Below are positions 1-10,307 of a DNA stretch of 64,000 nucleotides, piece after piece. The stretch comes from a virus. The notes under the pieces are model-generated. The model searched no databases. It was not told where the DNA came from and saw nothing but the letters and a program-made list of their open reading frames with translations. The stretch is taken from the IMG/VR virus record IMGVR_UViG_3300018420_000012, positions 27,944-91,943 of that record. The stretch is one strand, 5' to 3'. Every line of letters begins with the position of its first letter. The stretch's first letter is position 1. A program made the translations under genes and the position numbers.

Positions 1-393
1 CTTTTTGGTGCCGATGATGGTGGACTTGCTATTTATGATAGCGATGGAACTACTTCTGGTATACTTCAGTGTGGAGCAATTAAAACCCCCATCCAGTCAA
101 ATACAGACGGAGCCACTGTGACTTTTGACATGGATGTTTCTAATCTTCATACCGTAACACTAGCTGGCAATAGAACGTTGGCCGTTTCAAATGTAGATGG
201 TGGACAGAGATTTATTATTAGATTAGCTCAGGATAACACTGGAATCAGAACAATAACTTGGTGGTCAAATATTAATTGGCCCGGAGGGTTAGAACCAATC
301 CTTACCAATACACCAAACGCTGTTGACGTTTTTGGGTTTATAGCTACCGCTGGTGGCAATTATGACGGTTTTGTTATAGGATACGATTTATAA
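1..393 (+). CDS. 5'-truncated tail fibre/virion protein, C-terminal beta-sandwich domain
   Basis: Frame +1 is open from base 1 to TAA at 391-393. The C-terminus (TVTLAGNRTL...QDNTGIRTITW...WPGG..P.LT....AVDVFGF) resembles a common phage fibre-tip domain. Confidence 0.65.
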   Translation, partial: LFGADDGGLAIYDSDGTTSGILQCGAIKTPIQSNTDGATVTFDMDVSNLHTVTLAGNRTLAVSNVDGGQRFIIRLAQDNTGIRTITWWSNINWPGGLEPILTNTPNAVDVFGFIATAGGNYDGFVIGYDL

Positions 394-920
394 TGGCTTG
401 GAACACTCACCCTCATCCACCACCAACTTATTATACTAACTCAGTAATGCCATCGGCTGAAATTAGACAATTAGGATTTCCATTATATCAAACCTCTGAC
501 ATTGTAACGCCCGCTTCTGGACGGCCCGACATTGACGGAATATGGTATATGGATGATTGCACCGGTTCTGGGCCGATTTATGATATTTGGATAAGTGGCT
601 CAATGAATTCGTCTGGTATATTTCTCATAAGGCCCGGCGATAGCATTATAGCTGGTGAGGATACTGACTCCATCGAGGGAGGTGCAGTTAGTTGGTACAG
701 ATATGACGTTACACAGATATTGCAGTCTGGGTCTATTACCGATACTCAATCTAGCGGACAATTTCGTGTAAAATATATTACTGACACATTAAGTGTTGGA
801 GATCAAGACCCATGTTCACTATATCATACATATGTTGAAGATGGTTACGGGTATGCACCAAGCGTACAGATAACACAAATTTATAGACAGATGAATACTA
901 GTTTTTTATTAGGAGAATAA
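393..920 (+). CDS. Hypothetical virion-associated protein (SG-rich)
   Basis: 175-aa ORF with TAATG overlap to the previous gene; 6 SG dipeptides; structural module context. Confidence 0.6.
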   Translation: MAWNTHPHPPPTYYTNSVMPSAEIRQLGFPLYQTSDIVTPASGRPDIDGIWYMDDCTGSGPIYDIWISGSMNSSGIFLIRPGDSIIAGEDTDSIEGGAVSWYRYDVTQILQSGSITDTQSSGQFRVKYITDTLSVGDQDPCSLYHTYVEDGYGYAPSVQITQIYRQMNTSFLLGE

Positions 921-921
921 C

Positions 922-1230
922 ATGGCACAATTTTCAATTGAAATTGCTGATGCTGATGTGGATAGAGTCCTTACAGCAATAGCAAAAAATTACAATAGGC
1001 CGGAACAGGTCTCGAATCCAGACTTTGATCCGGGTAGACCAGAAAACCCCGGAAATAATCCAAGGGATGTAGACAATCCAGAGACTACATATCAATTCGC
1101 AAATAGAATTGTGCGAGAATTTTTAGAAGCTAACTGTCAGGCGTATGAAATTAAAGAAGCGAAACGTGCCGCTGAAGATCAGGTTCGTGGCGGTAGCAAA
1201 CCAGTAATTAGAGACCCTCAACGTCCATAG
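922..1230 (+). CDS. Hypothetical protein with Asn-Pro-rich loop
   Basis: 102 aa, AGGAG SD upstream, NPDFDPGRPENPGNNP segment. Confidence 0.65.
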   Translation: MAQFSIEIADADVDRVLTAIAKNYNRPEQVSNPDFDPGRPENPGNNPRDVDNPETTYQFANRIVREFLEANCQAYEIKEAKRAAEDQVRGGSKPVIRDPQRP

Positions 1231-1237
1231 GTGAAAA

Positions 1238-3862
1238 ATGGCTATTACATCAACAGCCGGTGCTGGTATTACCGTAACAACTGCCGCAGTTAGCGACACG
1301 CTAGGAACTGCTGGCACGACTACTACTATAACATTTACTAACACGTTTGCTAACTTAGACAATGGTAATACCGGTACATCGTCATATGCTGGTAGATTAG
1401 CTATTTTACGTCCGGGGACCGCTACAGAAGAAGTTAGATATATCTCTAGTGAAATCACGACAACTCAAGTAGAAGTCAGTGAGCCGTTTGAAATTGCACC
1501 AGCTAGTAGCGATGTTGTTGATGTTTCTTATATTATTGAGGATGTTGCAACAGTCAATGGTCTTTCTCTTATCAACAAACGTACAAATGACTATAGTTCT
1601 TCTAGACGATTAACTATTGGTACTAATGGATTTTTGGCACTTCTTGATGGTGCGTCGGTGGAAACCGTGGGTAACGGCTCAACGACCACGGCAGACATTA
1701 TTGTTCAGGGTAAATTCCATAATGGGTACTTGAATAACGGAAAAGCTGTTTCCGGTGGTTCGATCTTTGGTGCTGGTGGTGCTGGTACTGCCGATGCTGA
1801 CTTGGTATTTGATGCACAAGCTGGTTCAGACGTAAGAATTTACGACCTTCTATTCAAGTCGGTAAATGTAAACGCCCAATCACTTCAGGGTAGTGGTGAT
1901 TTTCAAAGGGCTAAGTTTTTCTCCTCTAATTATACGATGGATTTAACTGGCCCAAACGAACTACGTGACTGTATTATTGAGGGCATTGGCGGTCTAGGCG
2001 TTGAAACAGTAGAAGTAGACAATAACACAATCATTAATGGCCTAAACCTTGTTGCTACCAGTGGTTTCGTTAATCCTGCCGCTGGCTCTATATCAATTTC
2101 AAATCTTAGAAATATTAGTTTTATTAACAATTCAAGAAATGTTAATGTTGGTAATTTTGAAACGTGGGTTTTCACAAATCCAAATTGGACTATTGATACG
2201 GCAACACAGGAGCAAATCTACTTTAGTGGTACAATCATCACAGCCTCAGTAAAAGAGGCTTATTCATTTACCAGTGAGATTCTTGACGCTTCAGCCAACC
2301 CCGTTTCTGGTGCTTCATATACTATCTTTGAGAGTGGCAGAACGCAAGAAGCTCAATATTTTGGTTTATCTGATATCAGTGGTATCTATGAGCAAGATAT
2401 TAATACCAATACCTATACCGATAATGGCGGAACAGCTTTAAATGAAGTTAAAAATTCTGGTTATTTTCTTAAAGTTTACGACTATGGACTTCAGCCAGCA
2501 CTACTTCCACTTACCGTAGATCAGGCTCTATCTGTTCCGATTACGCTATCGGCAGACGTTGCTATAACAAACGCGAGTCAAAGCGGTGCCGTTGTAGATG
2601 GACCCCCAGATGTATTAAGAAAAGCGGGTATTAATGCATTTCAGGTAATAGCTTATGATGGTGGCACAGGTGGATTACCGACTATAGGAGAAGAGGTCGG
2701 TGCGGGAGTATCTAGTGCCACAGTGTTAGGCTATGAAGGGACCGCAGAAACCGGAATACTAATTTTAGGTGATGATTATGTAACCCCAATTGGTAATAAC
2801 GCTACATTGAATGGGTCTATTGGTACATTTTCAGCACTCGCTGATAACACAACATTAGATTTAGACTTTGAATATATTATTGATTGCTCTGGATTATCTT
2901 TAGATACTGTTTATAACTCTTGGACTGCACAGCTTTCTAGCCCAAGAAGTGCTTTCTGCGTACAAGATGATGGCGGCGTTCTCACAAACTGGACCAAGGA
3001 AGCTCAAAAAAGAGAGGAGGGCGATGGCTCTGCGGGCTTTAGTGATGAATTTAATATGTTTAACACCTCGGTAGTAAACGACGCCTTCTACATGGGTTCA
3101 CTTACACCATTTAATAATGTTGCGATATTTTTAACAGCAACGGGAGGTGGACTTGGTGACTCAGAATACGTTTGGGAGTATTGGGATGGATCAACTTGGC
3201 AAACAATCACACTAACTACCAATGATGGCTTTACCGGTGCCATTGGTGTCGAGTTTAATTATGGCTGGAATCCAATTTTAGATTGGGCACCGCAAGCTGA
3301 CCTAACTGGTGCTGAATACGATTTATTTTACGTTAGGAAGAGATGCACAACCGCTAATGACGGAACCACTCTTAGAGGTGGCTATGTCGTTATAGAGCCA
3401 AACTTCCTTTCTGTAATTGAGGATGGTGCTAACCAATGGGCAAATCCATTCACAAATGTTGGTGGTTCTTATCAAACAGTCAGAACAACATTTAATAATT
3501 TAAATCATGGATTCTGGTTGTTGAATCGTGGTGATGGTAGTGTTTCATTCATGACCTCTAATGACGGAACGACCTATACTCCACCAGTTCAGTATACTTT
3601 CACATTAACTGGTCTCCAGCCAAATACAGAAGTCAGGATTTACACAGACGATGGAAATAGAACAGAACTCGCCGGGGTGGAAAATAGTTCGACATCATTT
3701 TCCTATAGCTACCAATATGGCGGCTCAGATACAGATATTTATGTAATAATTCACCACTTAGATTATGAATTTATTAGGTTGGACGGGTTGACTCTGAGTA
3801 ACTCTAATCAGTCAATTCCAGTCCAACAAAGAGAAGATAGAAATTACGAAAACCCTAACTAG
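1238..3862 (+). CDS. Large virion structural protein (beta-rich)
   Basis: 874 aa, T/S/G/N-rich, WEYWDGSTW motif; C-terminal DRNYENP shared with the 920-aa ORF. Confidence 0.65.
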   Translation: MAITSTAGAGITVTTAAVSDTLGTAGTTTTITFTNTFANLDNGNTGTSSYAGRLAILRPGTATEEVRYISSEITTTQVEVSEPFEIAPASSDVVDVSYIIEDVATVNGLSLINKRTNDYSSSRRLTIGTNGFLALLDGASVETVGNGSTTTADIIVQGKFHNGYLNNGKAVSGGSIFGAGGAGTADADLVFDAQAGSDVRIYDLLFKSVNVNAQSLQGSGDFQRAKFFSSNYTMDLTGPNELRDCIIEGIGGLGVETVEVDNNTIINGLNLVATSGFVNPAAGSISISNLRNISFINNSRNVNVGNFETWVFTNPNWTIDTATQEQIYFSGTIITASVKEAYSFTSEILDASANPVSGASYTIFESGRTQEAQYFGLSDISGIYEQDINTNTYTDNGGTALNEVKNSGYFLKVYDYGLQPALLPLTVDQALSVPITLSADVAITNASQSGAVVDGPPDVLRKAGINAFQVIAYDGGTGGLPTIGEEVGAGVSSATVLGYEGTAETGILILGDDYVTPIGNNATLNGSIGTFSALADNTTLDLDFEYIIDCSGLSLDTVYNSWTAQLSSPRSAFCVQDDGGVLTNWTKEAQKREEGDGSAGFSDEFNMFNTSVVNDAFYMGSLTPFNNVAIFLTATGGGLGDSEYVWEYWDGSTWQTITLTTNDGFTGAIGVEFNYGWNPILDWAPQADLTGAEYDLFYVRKRCTTANDGTTLRGGYVVIEPNFLSVIEDGANQWANPFTNVGGSYQTVRTTFNNLNHGFWLLNRGDGSVSFMTSNDGTTYTPPVQYTFTLTGLQPNTEVRIYTDDGNRTELAGVENSSTSFSYSYQYGGSDTDIYVIIHHLDYEFIRLDGLTLSNSNQSIPVQQREDRNYENPN

Positions 3863-3871
3863 GAGTAAAAT

Positions 3872-4105
3872 ATGAATATTCAATGTGGTTTGCTTGAGAC
3901 AAAATTAACCACAGAGGACAAAAAGTGTCAAGCACGAGATTGTTTTAGGATGATTAAAACTGACGATCCCTGCTTTGTGGATGTTACAAATTCTTCAGTG
4001 CTTTGTGATAACTGTGGAAAATGCGAGAGGTATTCTAGAAAAAAGGAAGAAGAGAGAAAAAATGAAGGAAAAGACTTACCTCTTATAAAAGGTCTAGACT
4101 ATTAA
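3872..4105 (+). CDS. Small Cys-rich putative zinc-binding protein
   Basis: 77 aa, AGGAG SD, CQARDC...C...LCDNCGKC. Confidence 0.6.
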   Translation: MNIQCGLLETKLTTEDKKCQARDCFRMIKTDDPCFVDVTNSSVLCDNCGKCERYSRKKEEERKNEGKDLPLIKGLDY

Positions 4106-4117
4106 TTTGTGTATAAT
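4106..4117 (+). promoter_or_regulatory. Putative phage late promoter motif TTTGTGTATAAT (copy 1)
   Basis: Identical 12-mer in three intergenic gaps (4106, 18731, 52842), each shortly upstream of a structural gene with an SD. Confidence 0.7.
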
Positions 4118-4185
4118 ACTGGGAATAGGATCATTTTTCAGGAATTACGTAAAAAACATGTTTTTTCTTCAAACGGAGATTTCAA

Positions 4186-6948
4186 ATGACTATTATCAAC
4201 GATCCTGACCAACTTGATAGGTTTCAAGTTGCTATTGATCCACTTTACAAGACAATTTCGCTTCGCGGAAGTGGAACTTTTAGAATTCAAGCTAATACCG
4301 GAAGTGGGACAACTGAAGGTACTTTTATCGACTCTTCTGTAAACTTTAGTACGGCTAGTGTTGCAGCAAATGACATCCTCGCAGTCGTTTCTGACGAATC
4401 TAGTAACGGCGGTGTTATTGGACACTATAAAATCTCTGAGGTCGCTGGAACTTCGGGTCTAGTATTAGATAGATCAATTTCTCAGACTGGTGGTAGCGGA
4501 ATTTCATATCAGGTTTATAGTACCGGCACTCGTGATGTTGCTTATCCAGCCTTGGCTGACGGCGTGACCATGCAGGCACTTTACTCCTTCCTCAAAGAAG
4601 AGTGGAGAAATAACAGCCTAAGTGCTTCTGGCGAAGACTTGATTAAATATACCTTCCCAATGGTTTCTATTACGTCCGAGCAATTCGAGGTTGGTGGTGT
4701 TTCCAACTCGAACTGGGAGTTTTCTAATGATTCTGGCGATGGAGATTTCTCAGATGAATCACCAAGAAACTTGATTCGTACTGGCGGATGGGCTAGTATC
4801 AATGAGTCGGGTGTCATCATTGAAAACTACCCATCTATTGTTACTCTGGGTGCTCTTGGTGCTACTTCACAGGTTTACTATCAGCAAACCAGTGCGACTA
4901 CTGACCCTCAAGACTTCGTTTTGACCGGCCCTGTGAATCAGGCTATTAGAACTCTTGAAACTAACGGTGGTGCTTCTGTAACTGGAAACAAAGTCCCACT
5001 TAGCGGCGTGAATGGTGCTATTCAGTTTGTATCTAGCCCAGCTTCTATTCGAGCACCTAATGGAACCGACCTATTCGCACTTGGATTTACTTCTGGTGAA
5101 TTGATTCAAGTTCGCAGAAGCTCAAGTAACAACGGCTTCTTTACTATTCAGGCTTCCGGTGGAGATATTGGTGTTAGTGGTGTATTTGTTAGTGAGACCG
5201 TCGTTGACGAATCAGCTTCAGCAGCGGTTGTTTCACCATTGATTGACAACAGAGACTACCTCGTTCTTCGTGTTAGAACGAAAGGCCAATCTTATGCTCA
5301 GTCTGAAATTGCTGACATCGGTGTTACAACAATCAATACTATTGTCAACCGATTCCCTCTATCTGAATCTTCTGATCCAGCTATTGTTCTGACAGATGGG
5401 CAACTTGGCGGTGACGGAACTGACGCAACTGATGAAATTCAAGAAGTTGAAACCTTTAATACCGCAAGCAATGGCGTTATTGGAGCATCTTTGGCGAATG
5501 GTGCGTTTACCTTCACCTCTGCTGGTGCGGGATTCTTGGCTGGTGACGCTTCCTTCTTTGACAACTGCATCTTGCAGCCGGGAGACTCAATTCAGATTGA
5601 AAATAGTGGATTTATGGAAGTCAAGAGTATTGATTCCGATACACAACTAACAGTCTTTTTTGAGCCTACTGGTATTACTGGTGGTGGTACAGCAGACTTC
5701 ACTGGCGGTGGAACATCTGTTGTCTTTACAACTAAGACAGCTACTGTTGATTCTGGTTCTGTTGCTGGTACTTTTGCCTTCACCACTGGCGGTGCTCAGG
5801 CAACCCTTACCGATGCTTCTAGAGCCTTTACGACCGATAATGCCCTTGGTGATAGAGCTATTGTTTCTGGTAATATTCTCGAAGTTACAGCAACAGACGG
5901 CGACACTGATGCTATTGGTTATTATATTGTTGAGTCTGTAGCTAGTACCGCCCTAACTGTTTCAGCACGAGACTTGGTTGGAACTTCAACAATCGTTGGT
6001 GACTCTGTGACTTATCGTGTCCTTGACGATGGAATGTTCTTGCAGTACAAGAAAGTTGACGGAACTGCTATTAGTGGTATTGATACTTTCAGCGGTGCTA
6101 CAATTACTGATGCTTCTATTAGCGGTACAGACTTCAAGGTTGGTGGAACTGCTACTGTTAGCGGAACGTCAAATAACGATGGTAGTTATATCATCATAGA
6201 TGTTACATCGACCACCATTACCGTGGTCAATACAGATGGAACATCACCAACATTTAATGGTGCTGATGATGGAACGGGAACTCTTAACACAAGTTATGGA
6301 TTTATTCGTGACATTGGTGGGGTTGAATACTCTTATAACTGGAGACTATTTGGTAACAATGGTTCTCTAGCACAGTGTTTCCAATTCCTACAAAGAGAGT
6401 TACGTCGAGCGACTGATATTGATGGTGGTACTGGAACTTCTCGTGGTGACATTACTGACCTCTTAATGACGTTTGCTTCACCTAACGGTACTACTCTTAA
6501 CCTTGTTATTGACGATGTTAATCCTGCTGAGAAAAACAACTTGACTCAGCAAGATAGCACCGATACTAACCGAAACTTCCCATTCTTGGTTACTCTTCGT
6601 ATTGCTTTGAACAACAATATCACTGGTGCTTCCACCAATAAGGTTGTTGTATTCTTTAGCGATGCTGATGGAAATCCGGGTAATGGTGACGAGTTTGGTA
6701 CTTCTGGTGCTTCTATCGTTACTGACGAAAATAGTCAAAACATGGTCGCAGAAGATCAATCATCTTCACCTAAAGACTTTGTTTATGACTATACGGCTGG
6801 TGGAAGTACCGACAGGGCTATCACTGTTGTTTGTATTACGGATGATACAGGTCAATACGTGGCAGCACAGAGTACACTAACGGAAGACAACGTTGTAAAC
6901 GTGTCGCTCGTTGCTGGTCTTGAAAGAAACTATAGCAATCCTTCGTAA
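4186..6948 (+). CDS. Large virion structural protein
   Basis: 920 aa, GGAG SD, preceded by the promoter motif and followed by a hairpin; GVTMQALYSFLKEEW domain; C-terminal ERNYSNP. Confidence 0.7.
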   Translation: MTIINDPDQLDRFQVAIDPLYKTISLRGSGTFRIQANTGSGTTEGTFIDSSVNFSTASVAANDILAVVSDESSNGGVIGHYKISEVAGTSGLVLDRSISQTGGSGISYQVYSTGTRDVAYPALADGVTMQALYSFLKEEWRNNSLSASGEDLIKYTFPMVSITSEQFEVGGVSNSNWEFSNDSGDGDFSDESPRNLIRTGGWASINESGVIIENYPSIVTLGALGATSQVYYQQTSATTDPQDFVLTGPVNQAIRTLETNGGASVTGNKVPLSGVNGAIQFVSSPASIRAPNGTDLFALGFTSGELIQVRRSSSNNGFFTIQASGGDIGVSGVFVSETVVDESASAAVVSPLIDNRDYLVLRVRTKGQSYAQSEIADIGVTTINTIVNRFPLSESSDPAIVLTDGQLGGDGTDATDEIQEVETFNTASNGVIGASLANGAFTFTSAGAGFLAGDASFFDNCILQPGDSIQIENSGFMEVKSIDSDTQLTVFFEPTGITGGGTADFTGGGTSVVFTTKTATVDSGSVAGTFAFTTGGAQATLTDASRAFTTDNALGDRAIVSGNILEVTATDGDTDAIGYYIVESVASTALTVSARDLVGTSTIVGDSVTYRVLDDGMFLQYKKVDGTAISGIDTFSGATITDASISGTDFKVGGTATVSGTSNNDGSYIIIDVTSTTITVVNTDGTSPTFNGADDGTGTLNTSYGFIRDIGGVEYSYNWRLFGNNGSLAQCFQFLQRELRRATDIDGGTGTSRGDITDLLMTFASPNGTTLNLVIDDVNPAEKNNLTQQDSTDTNRNFPFLVTLRIALNNNITGASTNKVVVFFSDADGNPGNGDEFGTSGASIVTDENSQNMVAEDQSSSPKDFVYDYTAGGSTDRAITVVCITDDTGQYVAAQSTLTEDNVVNVSLVAGLERNYSNPS

Positions 6949-6970
6949 TTTAGATTGCTTGTTATTTTTA

Positions 6971-7000
6971 GCTCGCCCTCACCTTGGGGGCGGGCCTTTA
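6971..7000 (+). terminator. GC-rich hairpin, probable intrinsic terminator or transcript end
   Basis: GCTCGCCCTCA-CCT-TGGGGGCGGGC stem (with G-U pairs) followed by a short CTTTA, just after the 920-aa gene. Confidence 0.55.
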
Positions 7001-7035
7001 TAAACTACTATCAATAATATTTTAGGATCAGTTAT

Positions 7036-8688
7036 ATGGCATATAATGAAGCGGGGTTTGTTCGGCTACCGCCCGACAGCACCGGCAAACGATCTGCTGC
7101 TGCCCCAAGACTAATAATTAGATGTGATAGTTATGACCCCTCGGTAAATAGACTTGATAGGGAAACAACTATAACTGGCTCTTTGTCTGGTGCTACAGCA
7201 AAAATCGTTGGTATTCACACCGAAGGTCTTGCTGCCGGTGAAGTAGAATTATACTGTAATTTAGATTCTCTCACCGGAACTTTTATTCAGGGTGACGATA
7301 TCAGAATCGGTGCTACAACATATGCCACGATTGCGGCTGATGCGGATTTAGAACAAATTTACTATCAAAAATCAGTAATTGTAGATAGAGATGACCTAGA
7401 TAGAACCATGAGAATCGGTGAATATGGTGACGTTTACACCAGATTCGATGAGGGTTCTCCTGCACTAAGTAGTTTTGGCGGTCTTGTAGTAGAAGCACCG
7501 GAAACTTCTCGTCAATACGTATATGCTTACGATGAAAAATCGGGCGAATTTTATGATGTAGAAACTGGTGCGGCTACAATAACATATCTTTCAGATGAAA
7601 GAGCTATTTTATTAGATACTAACGGTACATCCAGTGGCGATAAAGTAACAAGACAATCTCATCTTTATCATCCATACCAGCCGGGAACCATGAGTAAAAT
7701 CATGCAGACGCTTGCTTTGGGCGACACTGGAAAAGCAAATGTTCGTAGACGCTGGGGATATTTTGATGAGAATGATGGTTTATTTTGGGAATTAGATGGT
7801 ACTACGTTGTATGTTGTTGTACGCTCTAGTACAACTGGATCGCCTGTAGACACTAGGGTTGCACAAGCAAGCTGGAACGGAGATAGTTTAGATGGCACAG
7901 AAAATTTCAACCTAGATGTTTCAAAAACAAACCTTTACTGGATTGACTTTCAATGGTTAGGCGTTGGTATTTGTAGATTTGGTGTTTACGCTGACAATGG
8001 AGCCAAAATTACCGCCCATACGATTGAAAACCCAAACAACCAAGTTACTGCGTATATGAAGACCGGCACCTTGCCGGTTAGGTATGAGATTGAGAATACA
8101 GACACAGCTGGCTCCTCTAGCGAGATGAAAGCTATCTGCTGCGTTGTTCAGATCGTCGGGAAAATAAAAAGGCAATTTACAACCTTTGGATCGTCTTGTG
8201 CGAGCACCCAATCTGTAACCTATGGTGAGGGCGAAAAAGTTTTGATGACGATTAGATCAAAAGAGCTTTTAAATGGGCTGATTAATCACGCTATAACAAC
8301 ACCAAGTGAGATACACATTGTATCAGACCCAGCAACTTCTAGTGGTCTATACAATATTAGATTAAGAGGGCTGAGTTTTACTCAGGGTGGTACTTGGCAA
8401 ACGCAATCAAGTACATCTGCAACGGAATACAACTGTGGTGTGACCGGATTCTTAGGTGGTGCTCCTGCTAGTTCTGGTACTGTCCAGTATGCTGCACCAG
8501 TCAAGGGCGGCGATGATTATGACCACCGCTTTAACAATTTTGACGAGACCGCCCAGTACAGTATTCTAACAACTACGCTTTCCGATCAAACCACAAGACC
8601 TGAGATTGCAATAACGGTAGAAGCCATCACGCCCGGTGCTAGTGGCGACTTTTTCTCAGCAATAAACTATGACGAAATGGTATACTAA
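7036..8688 (+). CDS. Virion structural protein with conserved YQPG...WLGVG (ConA/lectin-like) domain
   Basis: 550 aa; N-terminal VRLPPDSTGKR; RQSH..HPYQPG...WGYFDENDGLFWE...YWIDFQWLGVG..RFG...LPVRYEI, a pattern I recognise from aquatic phage structural proteins. Confidence 0.6.
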   Translation: MAYNEAGFVRLPPDSTGKRSAAAPRLIIRCDSYDPSVNRLDRETTITGSLSGATAKIVGIHTEGLAAGEVELYCNLDSLTGTFIQGDDIRIGATTYATIAADADLEQIYYQKSVIVDRDDLDRTMRIGEYGDVYTRFDEGSPALSSFGGLVVEAPETSRQYVYAYDEKSGEFYDVETGAATITYLSDERAILLDTNGTSSGDKVTRQSHLYHPYQPGTMSKIMQTLALGDTGKANVRRRWGYFDENDGLFWELDGTTLYVVVRSSTTGSPVDTRVAQASWNGDSLDGTENFNLDVSKTNLYWIDFQWLGVGICRFGVYADNGAKITAHTIENPNNQVTAYMKTGTLPVRYEIENTDTAGSSSEMKAICCVVQIVGKIKRQFTTFGSSCASTQSVTYGEGEKVLMTIRSKELLNGLINHAITTPSEIHIVSDPATSSGLYNIRLRGLSFTQGGTWQTQSSTSATEYNCGVTGFLGGAPASSGTVQYAAPVKGGDDYDHRFNNFDETAQYSILTTTLSDQTTRPEIAITVEAITPGASGDFFSAINYDEMVY

Positions 8689-9416
8689 TGTTTCACCACA
8701 GTTGGCCTCAAAATCAAGACTTATGGGCCTTATATCATAAGGTTACATTTGATGGGGTCAATAGGCAAATTATTATTAATCCTAATGAATTAGATGTTGA
8801 GGTAAAAATAGATTTATATTCAGACTGGAAGGAGTGGGCACTACAAAGAGATCATTTGAAATTTTTACCAGCTATGCGTTCGGTGGGTGGTGACGCTACG
8901 GTTGGTGGAAACTTTCTTGGATCGACATTTTTTACCATTAATAACTGGAATATTTTAGTATCAGACAGCACTGTTTTTACAGGTAACTTATTTTCTGATA
9001 ACTTTGATAGCCCATTTGTTACTACGGTTGGAGCTAGAGTGGCGAGACAGCAATTTTCAAACCTTGTTGACTCAGTTTCGATTGACACCGGAGATTTGAT
9101 TACAGCCGGTATAGCGACAACTACTAACATAAACAACCAGACTACTACATTACAGACAGATATTTCAAACCAAACTACGACAATACAGAATGATTTAGCG
9201 TCTATTTCTGGTGCCTTACCAGCAGACGTTATAACGCAACTTAACTCAACAAATTATGATGGAGTACCATTTGGAGACATAATGAACATAATTCTCTCAA
9301 TGGCACAGGGGAGAATAGTAGAAAATGGGACGGGCGTATTTGAATTTTACGCACAAGACAATAGTACAATACTTTATACATTAACTAAATCTGGCAACGA
9401 GAGAAATAGATCATGA
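8688..9416 (+). CDS. Virion structural protein
   Basis: 242 aa; KVTFDG...DLYSDWKEW...AMRSVGGD motif resembles the N-domain of the 920-aa ORF; short NNQTTT/SNQTTT repeat. Confidence 0.6.
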   Translation: MFHHSWPQNQDLWALYHKVTFDGVNRQIIINPNELDVEVKIDLYSDWKEWALQRDHLKFLPAMRSVGGDATVGGNFLGSTFFTINNWNILVSDSTVFTGNLFSDNFDSPFVTTVGARVARQQFSNLVDSVSIDTGDLITAGIATTTNINNQTTTLQTDISNQTTTIQNDLASISGALPADVITQLNSTNYDGVPFGDIMNIILSMAQGRIVENGTGVFEFYAQDNSTILYTLTKSGNERNRS

Positions 9417-9703
9417 CTACCGAGCTAACATCTGTATCGACTTTTGGTTGGTTTACAGATGAAAGCACTTATGAGTTAGATTTATTAACATCTGTATCGA
9501 CTCACGGTTGGTACGGTGTTACGTTAAAGGATTTAATAGAAAGATACCCAACCCTTGATTTTGGCCTTATTATTGACCGACTTCATGAGGTTGGGGTTGA
9601 AATAGAAGCGATACACGAAATAGAAAACTTAGAAATAAAGACACTTGAAGAGCTGGGGAATTTTGAAATAACTCAATTATACAATATAAACTTGAAAAGA
9701 TAG
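9413..9703 (+). CDS. Acidic hypothetical protein with internal duplication
   Basis: 96 aa, ATGA overlap; LTSVSTxGW occurs twice. Confidence 0.55.
   Translation: MTTELTSVSTFGWFTDESTYELDLLTSVSTHGWYGVTLKDLIERYPTLDFGLIIDRLHEVGVEIEAIHEIENLEIKTLEELGNFEITQLYNINLKR
9426..9511 (+). repeat. 60-bp-period direct repeat
   Basis: TAACATCTGTATCGACT at 9426-9442 and 9486-9502, each followed by NNN-GGTTGGT. Confidence 0.8.
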
Positions 9704-9706
9704 AAA

Positions 9707-9982
9707 ATGCTTTACGCTGGGTCATCTTGGTCAGAATTGCCGATCTCTACATCTCCACAACAGGAGTCTAGCGGTGAAGAATTTGGCTACGAGTTTACTA
9801 TTGATGAGTTTTTTGAGATAACTGGTGATATAGACGGAACAAAAAGTTTTAGTCTCTATATCTGCGAAAACCCTTCTTTTAGTGTAACTATAGTTAGAGA
9901 AGTAAGTAATTTGTTAGAATTAGAACAACAGCAAGAATTTACTTTGCGTATAGACGACGACAATACTTGGAATTTATCCTAA
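9707..9982 (+). CDS. Acidic hypothetical protein
   Basis: 91-aa ORF in operon context; periodic F/L-x-I/L strands. Confidence 0.5.
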   Translation: MLYAGSSWSELPISTSPQQESSGEEFGYEFTIDEFFEITGDIDGTKSFSLYICENPSFSVTIVREVSNLLELEQQQEFTLRIDDDNTWNLS

Positions 9983-9991
9983 AGGTGAAAC

Positions 9992-10297
9992 ATGGCTAGT
10001 GAAATTCATGAAGGAGATATTGGCACAAAGCTGCTCATCACGGTGACTGATGACGGTAGCATTGTAGACATATCTTCTGCATCTAGCTTGTCTATTTACA
10101 TTAAAAAACCAGACGGTACGATATTGACTAGAACTGGCGTTCTAGAGACAGATGGCACAGATGGAAAAATGTACTATATTACAGTCGCTGGGGATTTAGA
10201 CAGGGCAGGCAATTACAAAATTCAAGGTAAGGTAGTTCTTCCTTCTGGAAGTTATTATACCAGTACCGCTACTTTCAAAGTTCATTGTAACTTATAG
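9992..10297 (+). CDS. BppU N-terminal-like (baseplate/fibre attachment) protein
   Basis: GDIGT.L.ITV.DDG..VDIS.......KKPDG...DG...Y....GDL...G.Y..Q pattern typical of BppU_N-like Ig domains. Confidence 0.6.
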   Translation: MASEIHEGDIGTKLLITVTDDGSIVDISSASSLSIYIKKPDGTILTRTGVLETDGTDGKMYYITVAGDLDRAGNYKIQGKVVLPSGSYYTSTATFKVHCNL

Positions 10298-10307
10298 GGG
10301 TTAAATC

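Noticed and set aside
9426-9511. 60-bp-period repeat as a possible mini-CRISPR
   Set aside because: Only two copies, in-frame within a CDS encoding a peptide duplication, and no cas genes.
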